Position numbers and translations under genes: made by a program. Shown here piece after piece: positions 13,645 to 28,289 of a stretch of 64,000 nucleotides of DNA. The stretch is from the human T2T-CHM13v2.0 reference genome, Homo sapiens. Location of the stretch: the NCBI RefSeq assembly GCF_009914755.1, contig NC_060927.1; one strand, 5' to 3'. Under the pieces are notes generated by a model, which saw nothing but the letters and a program-made list of their open reading frames with translations, had not been told where the DNA came from and did not search any database. Numbering within the stretch: the first letter of the stretch is position 1; every line of letters starts with the position of its first letter.

Positions 13645-16381
13645 CTTGATGATATGATTGTATACATAGAAAATCCTAGAGTCATCCAAAAAACTCCTAG
13701 AACTGGCAAATGAATTCAGCAAAGTTTCAGGATACAAAATCAATGTACACAAATCAGTAGCACTGTGATACACCAACAGTGACCAAGCTGAGAAACAAGT
13801 CAAGAACTCAACCCCTTTTACACTAGCTGAAAATAAAATAAAATAAAATACTTAGGAATATACCTAACCAAGGAAGTGAAAGACTTCTACAAAGAAAACT
13901 ACAAAACACTGCTGAAAGAAATCATCAATGACACAAACAAATGAAAACACATCTCATGTTCATGGATGGGTAGAATCAACATTGTGAAAATGACCCTACT
14001 ACCAAAAGCGATCTACAAATTCAATGCAATTCCCATCAAAATACCACTATCATTCTTCACAGAACTAGAAAAAACAATCTTAAAATTTACATGGAACCAA
14101 AAAAGAGCCTGCATACCCAAAGCAAGACTAACCAAAAAGAACAAATCTGGAGACATCACATTTTCAGACCTCTAACTGTACTATAAGGCCATAGGCACCA
14201 AAACAGCATGGTACTGGTATAAAAATAGGCACACAGACCAATTGAACAGAATAAAGAACCCAGAAATAAAGCCAAATACCTACAGCCAACCGATCTTCGA
14301 CAAAGCAAACAAAAACATAAATTGGGAAAAGAGCACCCTATTCAACAAATGGTGCTGGGATAACTGGATAGCTACAGGTAAGAGAATGAAACTGGATCCT
14401 CATCTCTCATCTTATATGAAAATCAACTCAAGAGGGATCAGGGATTTAAGTCTAAGACCTGAAACCATACAAATTCTAGAAGATAACATGGGAAAAACTC
14501 TTCTAGACATTGGCTTAGGCAAAGACTTCATGACCAAGAACCCAAAAGCAAATGCAACAAAAACAAAGATGAATAGATGGAACTTAAAACTAAAAAGCTT
14601 CTGCACAGCAAAAGAAACAATCAGCACAGTAAACAGACATCCACAGAGTGGGTGAAAATCTTTGCAATCTATACATCTGACTAAGGACTAATATCCAGAA
14701 TCTACAAAGAACTCAATCAAATCAGCAAGTAAAAAAACAAATAATTCTATCCAAAAGTGGGCAAAGGACATGAATGGACAATTCTCAAAAGAAGATTTAC
14801 AAATGGCCAACAAACATAGGAAAAAATGTTCAACATCACTAATTATCAGGGAAATACAAATCATAACCACAATGTGATACCACCTTACTCCTGCAACAAT
14901 GGCACTAATCAAAAAATGATAGATGTTGGCGTGGATGTGGTGAAAAGAGAACACTTCTACACTGCTGGTGGGAATGTAAACTAGTACAACCACTATGGAA
15001 AACAATGTGGAGATTCCTTAAAGAACTAAAAGTAGATCTGTCATTTGATCCAGCAATCCCACTAATGTGTATCTACTCAGAAGAAAGGAAATCATTATAT
15101 GAAAAAGACACTTGCACACACGTTTATAGCAGCACAATTCGCAATTGCAAAAATATGGATTCAGCCCAAATGCCCATCAATCAACCAGTGGATAAAGAAA
15201 ATGTGATATATATATAGAGAGAGAAAGAGACATATGGTGTATATATATGGTATATATATGGTGTATATACTATATATATGGTATATATATGGTGTATATA
15301 CTATATATATGGTGTATATACTATATATATGGTATATATATGGTGTATATACTATATATATGGTATATATATGGTGTATATACTATATATATGGTATATA
15401 TATGGTGTATATACTATATATATGGTATATATATGGTGTATATACTATATATATGGTATATATATGGTGTATATACTATATATATGGTATATATATGGTG
15501 TATATACTATATATGGTATATATATGGTGTATATACTATATATATGGTATATATATGGTGTATATACTATATATATGGTATATATATGGTGTATATACTA
15601 TATATATGGTATATATATGGTGTATATACTATATATATGGTATATATATGGTGTATATACTATATATATGGTATATATATGGTGTATATACTATATATAT
15701 GGTATATATATGGTGTATATACTATATATATGGTATATATATGGTGTATATACTATATATATGGTATATATATGGTGTATATACTATATATATGGTATAT
15801 ATATGGTGTATATACTATATATATGGTATATATATGGTGTATATACTATATATATGGTATATATATGGTGTATATACTATATATATGGTATATATATGGT
15901 GTATATACTATATATATGGTATATATATGGTGTATATACTATATATATGGTATATATATGGTGTATATACCATATATATATAGTCTTTGGTATATACTAT
16001 ATACATACACCATGGAATACTACTCAGCCATAAAAAGGACCAAAATAGTGGCTTTCACAGCAACCTGGATGGAATTGGAGACTATTATTCTAAGTGAAGT
16101 AACTCAGGAATGGAAAACCAAACATTTTATGTTCTTACTCATAAGAGAGACCTAAGCTAAGAGGACACAAAGTTGTAAGAATAATACAATGGACTCTGGG
16201 GACTCAGGGGAAATGAGGGTGTGAGGGATAAAAGACTACATTAGGTACAGTGTACACTGATCGGGCGATGGGGCACCAAAATCTCAGAAATCACCGCTAA
16301 ATAACTTATTCAGGTAACCAAACACCACCTGTTCCCTGAAAGCCTATTGAAATATAATAAATAAATAAATAAATAAATAAA
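13645..16381 (+). mobile_element. 5'-truncated LINE-1 (L1PB-like) inserted in an older antisense L1
   Basis: Broken ORF2 peptides (MGRINIVKM..., FNKWCWDNW...), 3' UTR, (taaa)n tail, decayed TSD ccatct(gg/ca)gcct. Confidence 0.93.
15234..15982. repeat. AT-rich minisatellite, 31-bp unit ggtgtatatactatatatatggtatatatat, roughly 23 copies
   Basis: Near-perfect tandem array inside the L1, preceded by (TA)n(GA)n. Confidence 0.97.
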
Positions 16382-17279
16382 CCCACCCATCTCAGCCTGG
16401 TACCCTTTTTTGACAGTGTGGCTTTGGACAACTGTTTTGATATTTTTAATGGCGATCACTAGATTTCTAGTGAAACTATCACTAGCTTTCTATTATGTAT
16501 TCAGTGAATTTGGGCAATTTATAGTCCACATCCTCATTTTTACCTGTGAGAAAATTATTGTCAAAAGAGGGGAAATGTTTTGCTTAAGGTTACACAAAAA
16601 GAGGGTAGACCAATTAGCTTTAGGACCCAGGCTCCTAAATGTAGGGCTTGTATCCGGTAAAACAGAGTTCCCTATAATGGAGATAACAATCATCTGTTCA
16701 CACAGTTTTTAGGGTTTTCTTTTTACTATAATCTATTAAGATAATACGTACAGAGTTATTTGCTCTCTAGAAATTAATAGGACTGACAAACGTGGATGTT
16801 TTTATTCCCATCTTTGAATCCTGTTGTAGTTTCTATGGCATTTATACCTTTCTAAAATGCCTGAACCACAATGAGCTTCTGTTTCCTTGTCTCTGAGCCT
16901 CTGGTTTTCTTGTTAGTAATGTGGTAGATGTCATGTAATACTGATTAACTCAGAATATTGATGTCCATATTAAATGAACACATGGTCTATTTGTGCTAAC
17001 CAACAACATTATGGTTCTCCAGTGGGGTTTCCTGACCACATGGTTTATGCTCAGATATTTGTCTTATCTACTTCCTTGCATAGCAGGGACAAAGTTTAAC
17101 TAATTACATCATGATGGAAAGAGGTAATGTTAAAATCAAGGGCCCTGGAGTGAGACTTACTAGGTTGCACCAGTTTTAATTATATAAAGGTATTACATAA
17201 TCACATGTATCCTGAAAATATGTCCATCTACTATGTATCAGTAAACATAAAATTAATCTTAAAAAAAGGATGTAATGTT

Positions 17280-17520
17280 AAATCAAGAGCTTTGGAGTGA
17301 GGCTTACGAGGTTTGTATCTCACCTCCACCACTTCTAGCTGGGCAATCCTGAACATGTTTCTTAGCCTCTCTATGACTTACTTTCTTTCTCTGAATATAC
17401 AAAAATAGTAGCACCTGCCACAGAGTGGCTATGACAACTAAAAGAGAGAAGGCATTTGGAGCATATGGAAGAGTACTTGATACAGAGAAAGCACTCAATA
17501 AATGTGATCCACTAATACTA
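17280..17520 (+). mobile_element. MIR
   Basis: MIR-like 5' end, core and ...gcactcaataaatg 3' end. Confidence 0.7.
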
Positions 17521-17743
17521 TTATTAGCTTTTGTGTCATACAGCTAGACACGTGAATCCCAATTTCACCACTTATCAGCTCTATGACCTGAAACAAATTG
17601 ATAATCCTCTGAGCTTCAGGTTTCCTTGTATACAGTGTGGGAGGTGTCATACAATGCTGCTTAATTCAGAACATTGTCATGCATATTAAATGAGAGACTG
17701 TATGTGAACAATCCTCTTATGCTGCTTGACAATTAAGATGGAT
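17482..17743 (-). repeat. MIR-containing segment, arm B of an inverted duplication
   Basis: About 80% ungapped identity to arm A over the 159-bp core. Confidence 0.88.
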
Positions 17744-17992
17744 ATTAGCCTAGTCTATTGGCTGCTGACCAGCTTTGAGAAGTCTTGAAAAGAAATAGAA
17801 AGTTGGAAGAAGAAAAAATCGAGGATACTGAAAGTTATTCTAGGTACATATTATACATAAACAGTGCTTATGGAGAGAAGTGAATGAATCCCATCATGGG
17901 AAAGGTTGTAGTGGTGAGCATATAAAGTGTAGTGTATGATGAGCGGGACCTAGGAAAGGCTAAACTGCTTACAGACAAATGACAACTACTTA

Positions 17993-18526
<534 letters not shown>

Positions 18527-19761
18527 TCACAATAGTTCCTCAACTGCTTATTACTGGTCCCCTGAATATTAAAACATCTTCCTAATGGATCAGCACATTA
18601 TTTCCTGGGCTTCCTCATCTTTTCAACTCCTGCCAAATATGTCTTGCCAACATTCCCAGGACCACCCAGTGGCATAGACCATCTCTCATCCTCCCAATTG
18701 CCTTGGTGGATTAATTCAGTGTCTCTTTATTGCTTATAACATTAAGTCCAAGTGCCTTAGCCCGTTCTCTAAATCCTGCCAACCCTGATGCCCCTCATCT
18801 ATCCCTACAAACAGCCTTATCCATTTACCTTACCATTCCCTACAAATAGTGTCATTTCTTATGTGTGCCATGACATTAACAAAATTTGGAACACTCTAGG
18901 CTAAAGCTCCCAGTGTAAATTACTTTGAATATTAAACATTGTTATTTGTAATTATGAAAAAGAGATCCTGGCTTTCAGAGAGACCCTTTTTAATGCTACA
19001 TCCAAACACTTCCCTCACGCAAACTGTATGTGATTCTACAGGGTCTATATAACTAGCGTATAAGCTGTCCTTTTGGCCTTTACAGAGTTACTGAGAATGA
19101 AAGAAAGGAAGACGGCCTGTTACTAAAGCTGCCCATGAAATTTACGTCAACATTGAAGGCAGGAAGGGAATCATCCTTGCTGTTGGAGACTAGGGTAAGC
19201 CCACAGCTCCAAAGTCCTGGGGTGAAAAAAAGAATGCAAAAGAGTAAAACAGTCTCACTTCCAATTGCCAAATTGGTTTCTGGCTGAAGAAGGCCCTCTA
19301 TCTCATCCTCTGCTCTTTCAGCTCTTCAGCTTTAAGATTTCAGCTTAGCTGATATTTTCTATAGGAAACTGTCCCGTTCCAGCAGGATTGGGTTAGGTTC
19401 CCATCCTACATGCTCCCATGTCACCCACTGCTTCCCTGAGTAGACCACTTAATTGTTCTATCTATCTTGATCTATACTTTCTGGTCTATAATCACTCCAG
19501 CTGTCTTTCCTACTAGACTTCAGGCTCCTGGAGGTCAGGGACTTCGTTTGTTTGCCTCTTGAGGATAAACAAATCTGAATGGTATTGGGTGCTCATTTCC
19601 TCCCTTATTTGGGAAGCTTACCAGTAAGCTGGTTCAGCAGATCTGAGTTAGCTCAATGGATGAGCACGCTTATACCTGCAATTGAGCTTCAGAGGCTTCC
19701 ACATTATATCTAGGCCATTTTCTGACACAGGAAGCTCTTATTATTACATAGTTGCCTAGAC

Positions 19762-19895
19762 CAGAGTTTCTCAAACTCTAATGAACCCCAAATCACCTAG
19801 GGAACTTGTTACAATGGACTGCTTGTTACAATGTAATACTCTGCGTTTCTAACAAGCTTCCAGGTGATGCTGCTGCTGCTGCTGATAGACACATA
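19762..19895. mobile_element. MER5A-like hAT-Charlie fragment
   Basis: cagagtttctcaaact...tttctaacaagcttccaggtgatgctg motifs. Confidence 0.7.
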
Positions 19896-21359
19896 TAGTG
19901 GCAAACAACTTGATGTCTCTTGTTCTCATTCTCTACAAATATGTACAGAGAAATATGGGCTGGGTCCTTCCCCTGGCACCCTCTGCATTGTGTGTTCAGC
20001 TTTGCTCTGCCCAGCCTACACCTGCCTTTCCGAAGGCAGATAAGAACTGGAGTTGTGTGCCCTCTGCTACATTTCTGATCATACATTTTCTTTTTATGGC
20101 ACCATGGGGCATTTTTGCTGTGGCCTTTTGGCACTGTCACTGCTTTCCCACTGCCTATATCATAAGTACCATTTGTGGAATAAATACAAGAAACCCTACA
20201 CTTGAGTAACAGTAGACAGCCAGTGAAAATGTAGTCACCAGAAAGTCTACAGGTAACCCTAGACCCAAGATTAACAATAAAAATTTATTAAGGGAATTCT
20301 CTGGGATGGTTTTAGAGAAATCTGCTTTTCTATTTGAAGAATAATTTACACTGTAGTAAGTAGACAAATGGACATGTATGTTGATCACAGTCCCCGGTGG
20401 GCTCTGGTATGTATTCATCTCTTTTCACCTAGAGATCACACAAGTGTAAAACACTAACCAGAAGCTATGGGGTGTAGGAGCAAGACATTTCCTTGTCTTT
20501 TTCCACTTGCTAGTGATTCACTGTGAAATGTTCTGTCACTCTTAGCAGGGGAGAACCCAAGGCTCCTGGGTTTAGTAATATGGAACCAAACTCTCATAAC
20601 AAACTCATAACTTTGTTATGTCAAACAGTAAGAGAATTTGGTTCCCTATTATTTAGCTCCACATTACTGTATGATCATTTTAAGGGAAGATGCATGATAG
20701 AAAAAAGCAGAAAATAGAAAAGGAGAGGGCGAAATATGCAGGTGATAAGAGAAAAGATACTATCCCTCCCTAGCAGGGAGGAGAAAGGGAGACAAGAAGG
20801 ACCAGAAGGTGTGGAGAGAGAGCATAAAGGAGTGGATAGCTCTATGGCTATAGAAGCTGATGGGTTCAGAGTTATTTCTAAATCTCATTGGGACTCATAC
20901 CACACTTTGACCATGCATATAAAGCAACATCTCCTTGTCCTTTCTTTCAAGGGATCATGAATGACAGAAAATACCAAGGCAACTTATTATATCCTAATCT
21001 GGTCCCTGTAACTCCCTCCCATAATATTTTACCTTTCAGAAAACAGCACTATGGCTTATGGTAACAGGGAGAGTAGAAGCACTGCTGTCTAGAGGAAGAA
21101 CTATGTAGGATACAGTGAAAATGTCTAGAAATCCCCCAAAAATGAGAGGTAGATGATCAAGGACCAGACTCTAGTGGCCACTTTAAAGTGCTGGTTTTAG
21201 TTAGTCTTCCACACAGATAAAGCATCTTTGCTTGGTGATATCCCAGTTGAGCACGATTTCAGAAGCTGTGCAAAACCCTGCCCACTGCGGGAACCAGCAG
21301 CATCAGAGACCACTTCTGTCTGGTCTCCCATATTCACAGTCCCACGAGAAGCCAAGTCA

Positions 21360-21584
<225 letters not shown>

Positions 21585-21610
21585 TTAATGGTAGCACTAT
21601 CATTAGTGTC

Positions 21611-22060
21611 TGTAATAAACTGCATTAAAATGCAACTCTTCACCCCTTTCTGTGTTCATGCCCCTTGCCATGCGACCTGCAGTTGCTCCCATTAAAGAAG
21701 TAGAGCATCTTTTTCTAACATCTTAAATCTGGTCCCTGCCATGTGACTTGCTTTAGCCAATAGAGTGGAATGGAAGTCACACTGTGCCAGTTCTGAGCCC
21801 AGGTCTTGAAAAGCCTTGCATGCTTCCACTTGCTGTCTTGTGCCATCTCCATAAAAAAAGGCAAATTCAGGCTACCCCATTGGGTCTGGAAGGAGGATGA
21901 TAGACATGTGGAGTAGAGCCATGTTGCCCTGTTGAGCCCAGGCTAGATAACACTTGCATGAATGAAGCCAATCAAGATCAGCTGAATCCTGCAGGCACAT
22001 GTTTACTATTTTATGCCACTGAGGTTTTGTAGTTGTTTGTTATGCAGCAATTTTTTTGGT
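21611..22060 (+). mobile_element. MLT1 (MaLR) solo LTR
   Basis: gtgacttgctttagccaatag and gttgtttgttatgcagcaa motifs. Confidence 0.8.
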
Positions 22061-22894
22061 AATCATAAAGAGATCATGTCTGGAGGACTCCAGGGAATGA
22101 GGTAGGATGGCCACAGGCTTTGTGAACCTCTCAGGTCATACACGAAAGAATTTGATCAAATGTCGAGACGTTTACAAAGAGCTGAGCATTTGTTCTGAAC
22201 ACACACAGGCCTTCAATATAGACCACATTGCCCTTTCCACCTTTTCTCCTCCTCCCCTTGTACAAATTCTGCTGATCCTTATTCATGATGATTATAACAT
22301 TCTGCTCCTTTCCTCATCTTCTTAAACCACTATGGGCTCTCTTCACTCTGCCTCTTTTCTTCTTCCAAAAACATCAGTAGGTTCATCTTCCTAAAAGACT
22401 ACACTTTTTTCCTGGCTTTTATCCCACTCCTCCCTTCTTTGATAAAACCACCTTTCTTTCTCATCTCCACTGTTGACATCATATGCACACCTCAAGAGCC
22501 AGTGCAAACATAAATGAGGAGAACTGCAATCTACTGGAAATCCTTAATCCAACTCCTGTCCAGCTTTGGAGCTGTTAAGCAACCTGGAATGTGAGTTTGA
22601 AACCTGTTATTTGTGTTGCTTCTGGACCCAATTTAATCCTAAACTTATAGATAATTTTTTTAGATTCATTCATTAATTTGTTTCACTTATTTATTTATCA
22701 ACATTTGTTGAACCCATTTCTGGGCCGGCTTCTATTCTTACACTAGAGATACAATGCTGATGAAGTCACTGCCTTTGTTTTTAAGGACCTCATGGGGGAA
22801 ACCAGTGCAAATAAGTTCACTACAATGAATATAACAAATAGTAAAGGCCTATAGGAAAAAGCCACTATATCCACTCAAGGAATTAGGAAAGCCT

Positions 22895-23130
22895 GCATTT
22901 ATTGATTGCTTATTTTTGTTCCAGATGCTCTTCTAAGTGATTTATATTCACTCATTTAATAGTCACAACAACTCTTTGCTTTGGATACTATTATTACCCT
23001 CATTTTAGAAATAAAGCACAGAGAGGTTAACTAAATTGAACAAGTCACACAGCTCATAAGTGGCAAGGCCAGAATTTGAGCTCAGGCAGTCTGGCTTCTA
23101 AGCTAAAGATCCTGACTACAATGTCTAAAC
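22895..23130 (-). mobile_element. MIR
   Basis: Core ...cattttagaaataaagcacagagaggttaac...gtcacacagct. Confidence 0.8.
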
Positions 23131-23412
23131 TCTTTTCTTGGTCTTTCACCTCAAATACACCCTGACATTGAATGCCCTGGGAACCATAGAAAGTGGCAGA
23201 CATATTGGCCCAGTGGGCTTTCTAAGAGAGTTTTCCAGAGTGTTTACCTGGCATTTTGGGCCATGTGAGAGGAGCCCAATTAAAGCAAGAATTTCCTGAA
23301 ATCCCCTCTGCCTAGATCCGACAATCGCCTCAAGAATCTACGGGTGCCCTCTCATTGCTTTTGTCTCCAATAGAAGTAGAAAGATGATATCTACTAAAAC
23401 CACAGAGCTTCA

Positions 23413-23622
<210 letters not shown>

Positions 23623-23972
23623 TTACTAAGACCTTCTTTCACCATAGTAGTACGGAGTTTCTCATTGTCTGATTTTTTAAGGATGAAATGAACTAGGCAA
23701 AGGTTTCTAGGATGAGAGGTGTCAAGAAACACCCCTCCTGCTGGGTCCTTTTCTAAGTGCTATGACCAGCCTGACTTCAGAAGAGAACTCTCTAGCTCAT
23801 CTCTATAGCTGAGGAATAGCAATGCATATGAAGATACAGTACCTCCACGTTTTCTCCCTACAGATCATAACCCTGATAGGCTGCCTAACTCCAATTATGT
23901 GATGAGAAGAAGGCTACTTTACTGAGACTATAATTTTCCACTGTCTCACCTCCTGGAATAATAGGCCTAGAC

Positions 23973-24177
23973 CAGTGGTTCTTATTTCTTTGGCCCTCCA
24001 GGAGACATTTTGGCAATGTCTAGAGACATTTTTCATTACCTTAACTGGCGGATGCTACTGGCATCAAATGCATAGAGGCCAAGGATATGGATAAACATCT
24101 TACAATTCACAGAAAAGCTCACCATGACAAATAATTGTCCTGCTTCAAATGTCATACTAGTAAAGTTGAGAAACCTG
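23973..24177. mobile_element. MER20 (hAT-Charlie)
   Basis: cagtggttct...gagaaacctg ends, ggcaatgtctagagacatttt motif, perfect 8-bp TSD gcctagac. Confidence 0.9.
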
Positions 24178-24251
24178 GCCTAGACTTTTGCTCAAAACTC
24201 GATTCTTGCAATTTTCTCTGCATTAATTGTGCCATTTTTCCATAATAACTA

Positions 24252-24425
<174 letters not shown>

Positions 24426-25054
24426 CTAACACAGAGAGCCCAGAATAGAATTAATATTCCTCCTGGACATGTCACTTAAGATGAAAGAAGTTTGAATGCT
24501 ATTTGGTTTTCTCTTTGTCATGAGAATAAGCCTTTGACATTATTACTCTTTTTTCTCTTTAGAAACTGCTCCTGGAAAAACTCAACATAATATAATTCTG
24601 GGAAAACTACTAGAGGAAACAGATACTGAACTTGTTACAAAGATACATAATCAAAACAGTATGGTTCTGGTACAAAACTCCGCAAGTAATTCAGAAATAA
24701 AACTTACATGGAGATTTAATATAATTTACATGGGGATTTAATATATTTTAAATGTGCTCTTTCAATTCAATGGCTAGATAATAAATTATTTAATAAATGG
24801 TACACAATGCCATAATATAGTAAAAATAAAATATATAATCTTATGACATTCTGATGTAAAAATAAATGGGTAAACATTTTAAAAGAAAAATTTGAAAAAT
24901 AACTTGCTATCATGTGGGGTACAGAGAGTTTCCTTAGCAAAACAGGAAACTAAAAGACATAAAGAAAAATAATAAAACATATCACTACATAAAACTGAAA
25001 AATAAATTTGTTCTGATGACCTACAGGAATATCTAATAAGGATGTGTACAGTCA

Positions 25055-25978
25055 TGTAACCAAGCAGCTTGGCAGCTGAGCCTCGAACTGTGTTTTAAAC
25101 ATTTTTTTCTTCTTTTCCTCTTCCTCTTTCCCCTCCAAGTCTCAAGATACAACTTTGAGACAACCTGCATATGTGTTACCTCTTATCTTGAAATACAGCC
25201 TTGGAATGTGCTGTGAGCCTCCACTGCCTTTCCTTTCCCATACTATATTCCCATACCTTATGCACATTTATTTACCTAAATGCTTTTTAAGTACACGCCA
25301 TGTTCTTTTATGTGGTCATATGTTTTCTTAGAAGCTTCGAGAGTCAGATCCTGATAGGGACCAGGTACCTCTAGAATTCTCTCCCCAACAAGATTACTTC
25401 AAGAACAGAACCTACTTCAGGCTGTAGAGTGACTACAAGATTGACTGCAACTAATTTATAACCTGGCAGGATCCATGATGGCACCAGCCCCTTCACCACA
25501 TGGGACAATAATTCAAGAGGGGCCACTGGAGCAAGTCACACCACCTGGCACCTCCTAGCCCCTCTTGCCTATTCTGCATCTCAAACCCTTTCTTTAAAAA
25601 CCCCCGCATTCCGGGACTGTTGTGGGGTGGGGGGAGGGGGGAGGGATAGCATTAGGAGATATACCTAATGCTAAATGACGAGTTAATGCGTGCAGCACAC
25701 CAACATGGCATATGTATACATATGTAACAAACCTGCACGTTGTGCACATGTACCCTAAAACTTAAAGTATAATAATGATAAAATAAAAAAATAAAAAATA
25801 AAATAAAATAAAAACCCCCGCATTCCTTCCACAAATTGAAGAGTAGAATGGGTCTCTGCTCTTCCCCTTGCTGGCACAGATAATAAGAGAATATTGCTCT
25901 TTCTTATCATAATTTGTTATTATTTTGAATTCTTTTCATAAGCAGCTAGCAGCCGGACGGATCCTTTTGCTGGTTACA
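25055..25978. mobile_element. ERV1-class solo LTR (family not identified), interrupted by an L1 fragment
   Basis: TGTAACCA...TGGTTACA termini and 4-bp TSD GTCA. Confidence 0.8.
25613..25809 (+). mobile_element. Young, severely 5'-truncated L1PA (L1PA3/4-like) 3' end
   Basis: G-rich 3' UTR, A tail, perfect 17-bp TSD aaaaacccccgcattcc at a ttt|aaaaa site. Confidence 0.95.
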
Positions 25979-27096
25979 GTCACATCTTGGGTGAATGTTT
26001 TATCCTAACATCTATGTGAAGACTCTTGCAACTCTGACATTATAAGGTCATGATTCAGAAACATTTCTCCACACATGTAATAGCATATGTAAAAATACAC
26101 ACACATACAAATATAGCCACGAATATACCTCACAAACATACACATACAAAAAGGGGTAACCTGTCTGTGGACTAGACACAGAAAAGAAATATAAAGTAGT
26201 AAGAATTTAAATAAGATAGCAGGTAATGGTGTCTAAAAGTACCCTAGATGAGGAAGGGAACCAGAGCTATATTTAAGGCTTGAAACTGTGGGCTGAGGTA
26301 AAGTTTTTGCACTTAAGAGAGAAAGCCAAAAAACACAAATGTCGCAGCAAACGCTTATGATTACAATTGTATAAAGCTGCATACGTAGGGAGACAGGAAG
26401 AAGTACAACCTCAGAAATGGGACCTGGGCAAAAGTACCCACTGGTTCAGTGACTGGATCTGCAATATGACTTGTATCATTATTAGACAACAACCCAAAGC
26501 TGGTGATAGAAGACATGGATCTGAAATGGATGCCACAGAAGGATTTATTACAGACAATCATAGAACTTAGACTGCAAAGAGAATGACAGATCTTCCCACT
26601 AAAGATGAGCTTTTAAGCTAACATTCCAAAATATATGAGGAAACAAACATAAAATCAGTAGACTTCCTAAAATTAACAACTAGGAGGTGAATTCACTTGA
26701 GAAAAAGATGAAAGTTACATAATAATCTGAAAATGTCTTTAAATTAATACATATAGAATTTAATAAAGAAGTTACATAGAGTTTCACTTCCTGGATGATA
26801 GCATGATAATCTCTGCGGACGTTCTCCCTAGGGAAATAAGCATAAGTGGTGAAAACTGTTTTAAAAATAATTTAAAGTCTCTAGAAATTATTCTGAGAGT
26901 GCACAGCAAATGAAGAAACATTTGTTCAAGAAAATCTACTAAAATTCAGTAAGAACAGCAGAAATTGATGACACTTAAGCCATGATCTGACCTCTCCCCC
27001 CATCCCTTCCAGCCAAGTTTTATGGAGGCTCCACTCTAGACCAAGGTGGCCAAGAAGATAGGGCTCCCTCTACCCTAGCTCTCAATCAAGGGATGT

Positions 27097-27192
27097 GGTG
27101 ATGGGTGCACCAAAATCTCACAAATCACTGCTAAAGAACTTATCCATGTAACCAAAAACCACTTATTCCCCAAAAACTACTGAAATTAAATT
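27097..27192 (+). mobile_element. ~95-bp L1PB-like 3' terminal fragment
   Basis: ggtgatgggtgcaccaaaatctc...aaaaactactgaaat, similar to 1021-1110. Confidence 0.8.
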
Positions 27193-27293
27193 TTTTTTAA
27201 TGAAATTGAAAAAAAAGATATTGAGCCTTTTGAATGGAAAGGCACATCAATGATATCTGCATAAGGGGAAAATCTTTTTAAATGCTTACATTA

Positions 27294-27626
<333 letters not shown>

Positions 27627-27704
27627 TTATTGCATACTTATTTTATTTTAGTGCAAGGCCTGTCACATGGTGGTCATTCAATGCATTTGAAATAAAGAAA
27701 TGCT

Positions 27705-28133
<429 letters not shown>

Positions 28134-28289
28134 CTACCAATAAAAATGCATGAGTTATGGAAAAAAAAAAAAGCAGCAGCAGCTGCAGGCCATCAGCATT
28201 TCTTATCTCTTCCAACTCTGAGTTAAGGCCTCTAAATTTCTGGTGAGTGTGGCCAAAAAGTTGGCTCCCTTTTTCCATCTAGCCCTCCA

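Noticed and set aside
15234-15982. CRISPR-like array
   Set aside because: No unique spacers; it is a minisatellite in primate DNA.
15234-16155. Three overlapping 249-302 aa Y/I-rich ORFs
   Set aside because: Artefact of a 31-bp tandem unit lacking stop codons on the plus strand.
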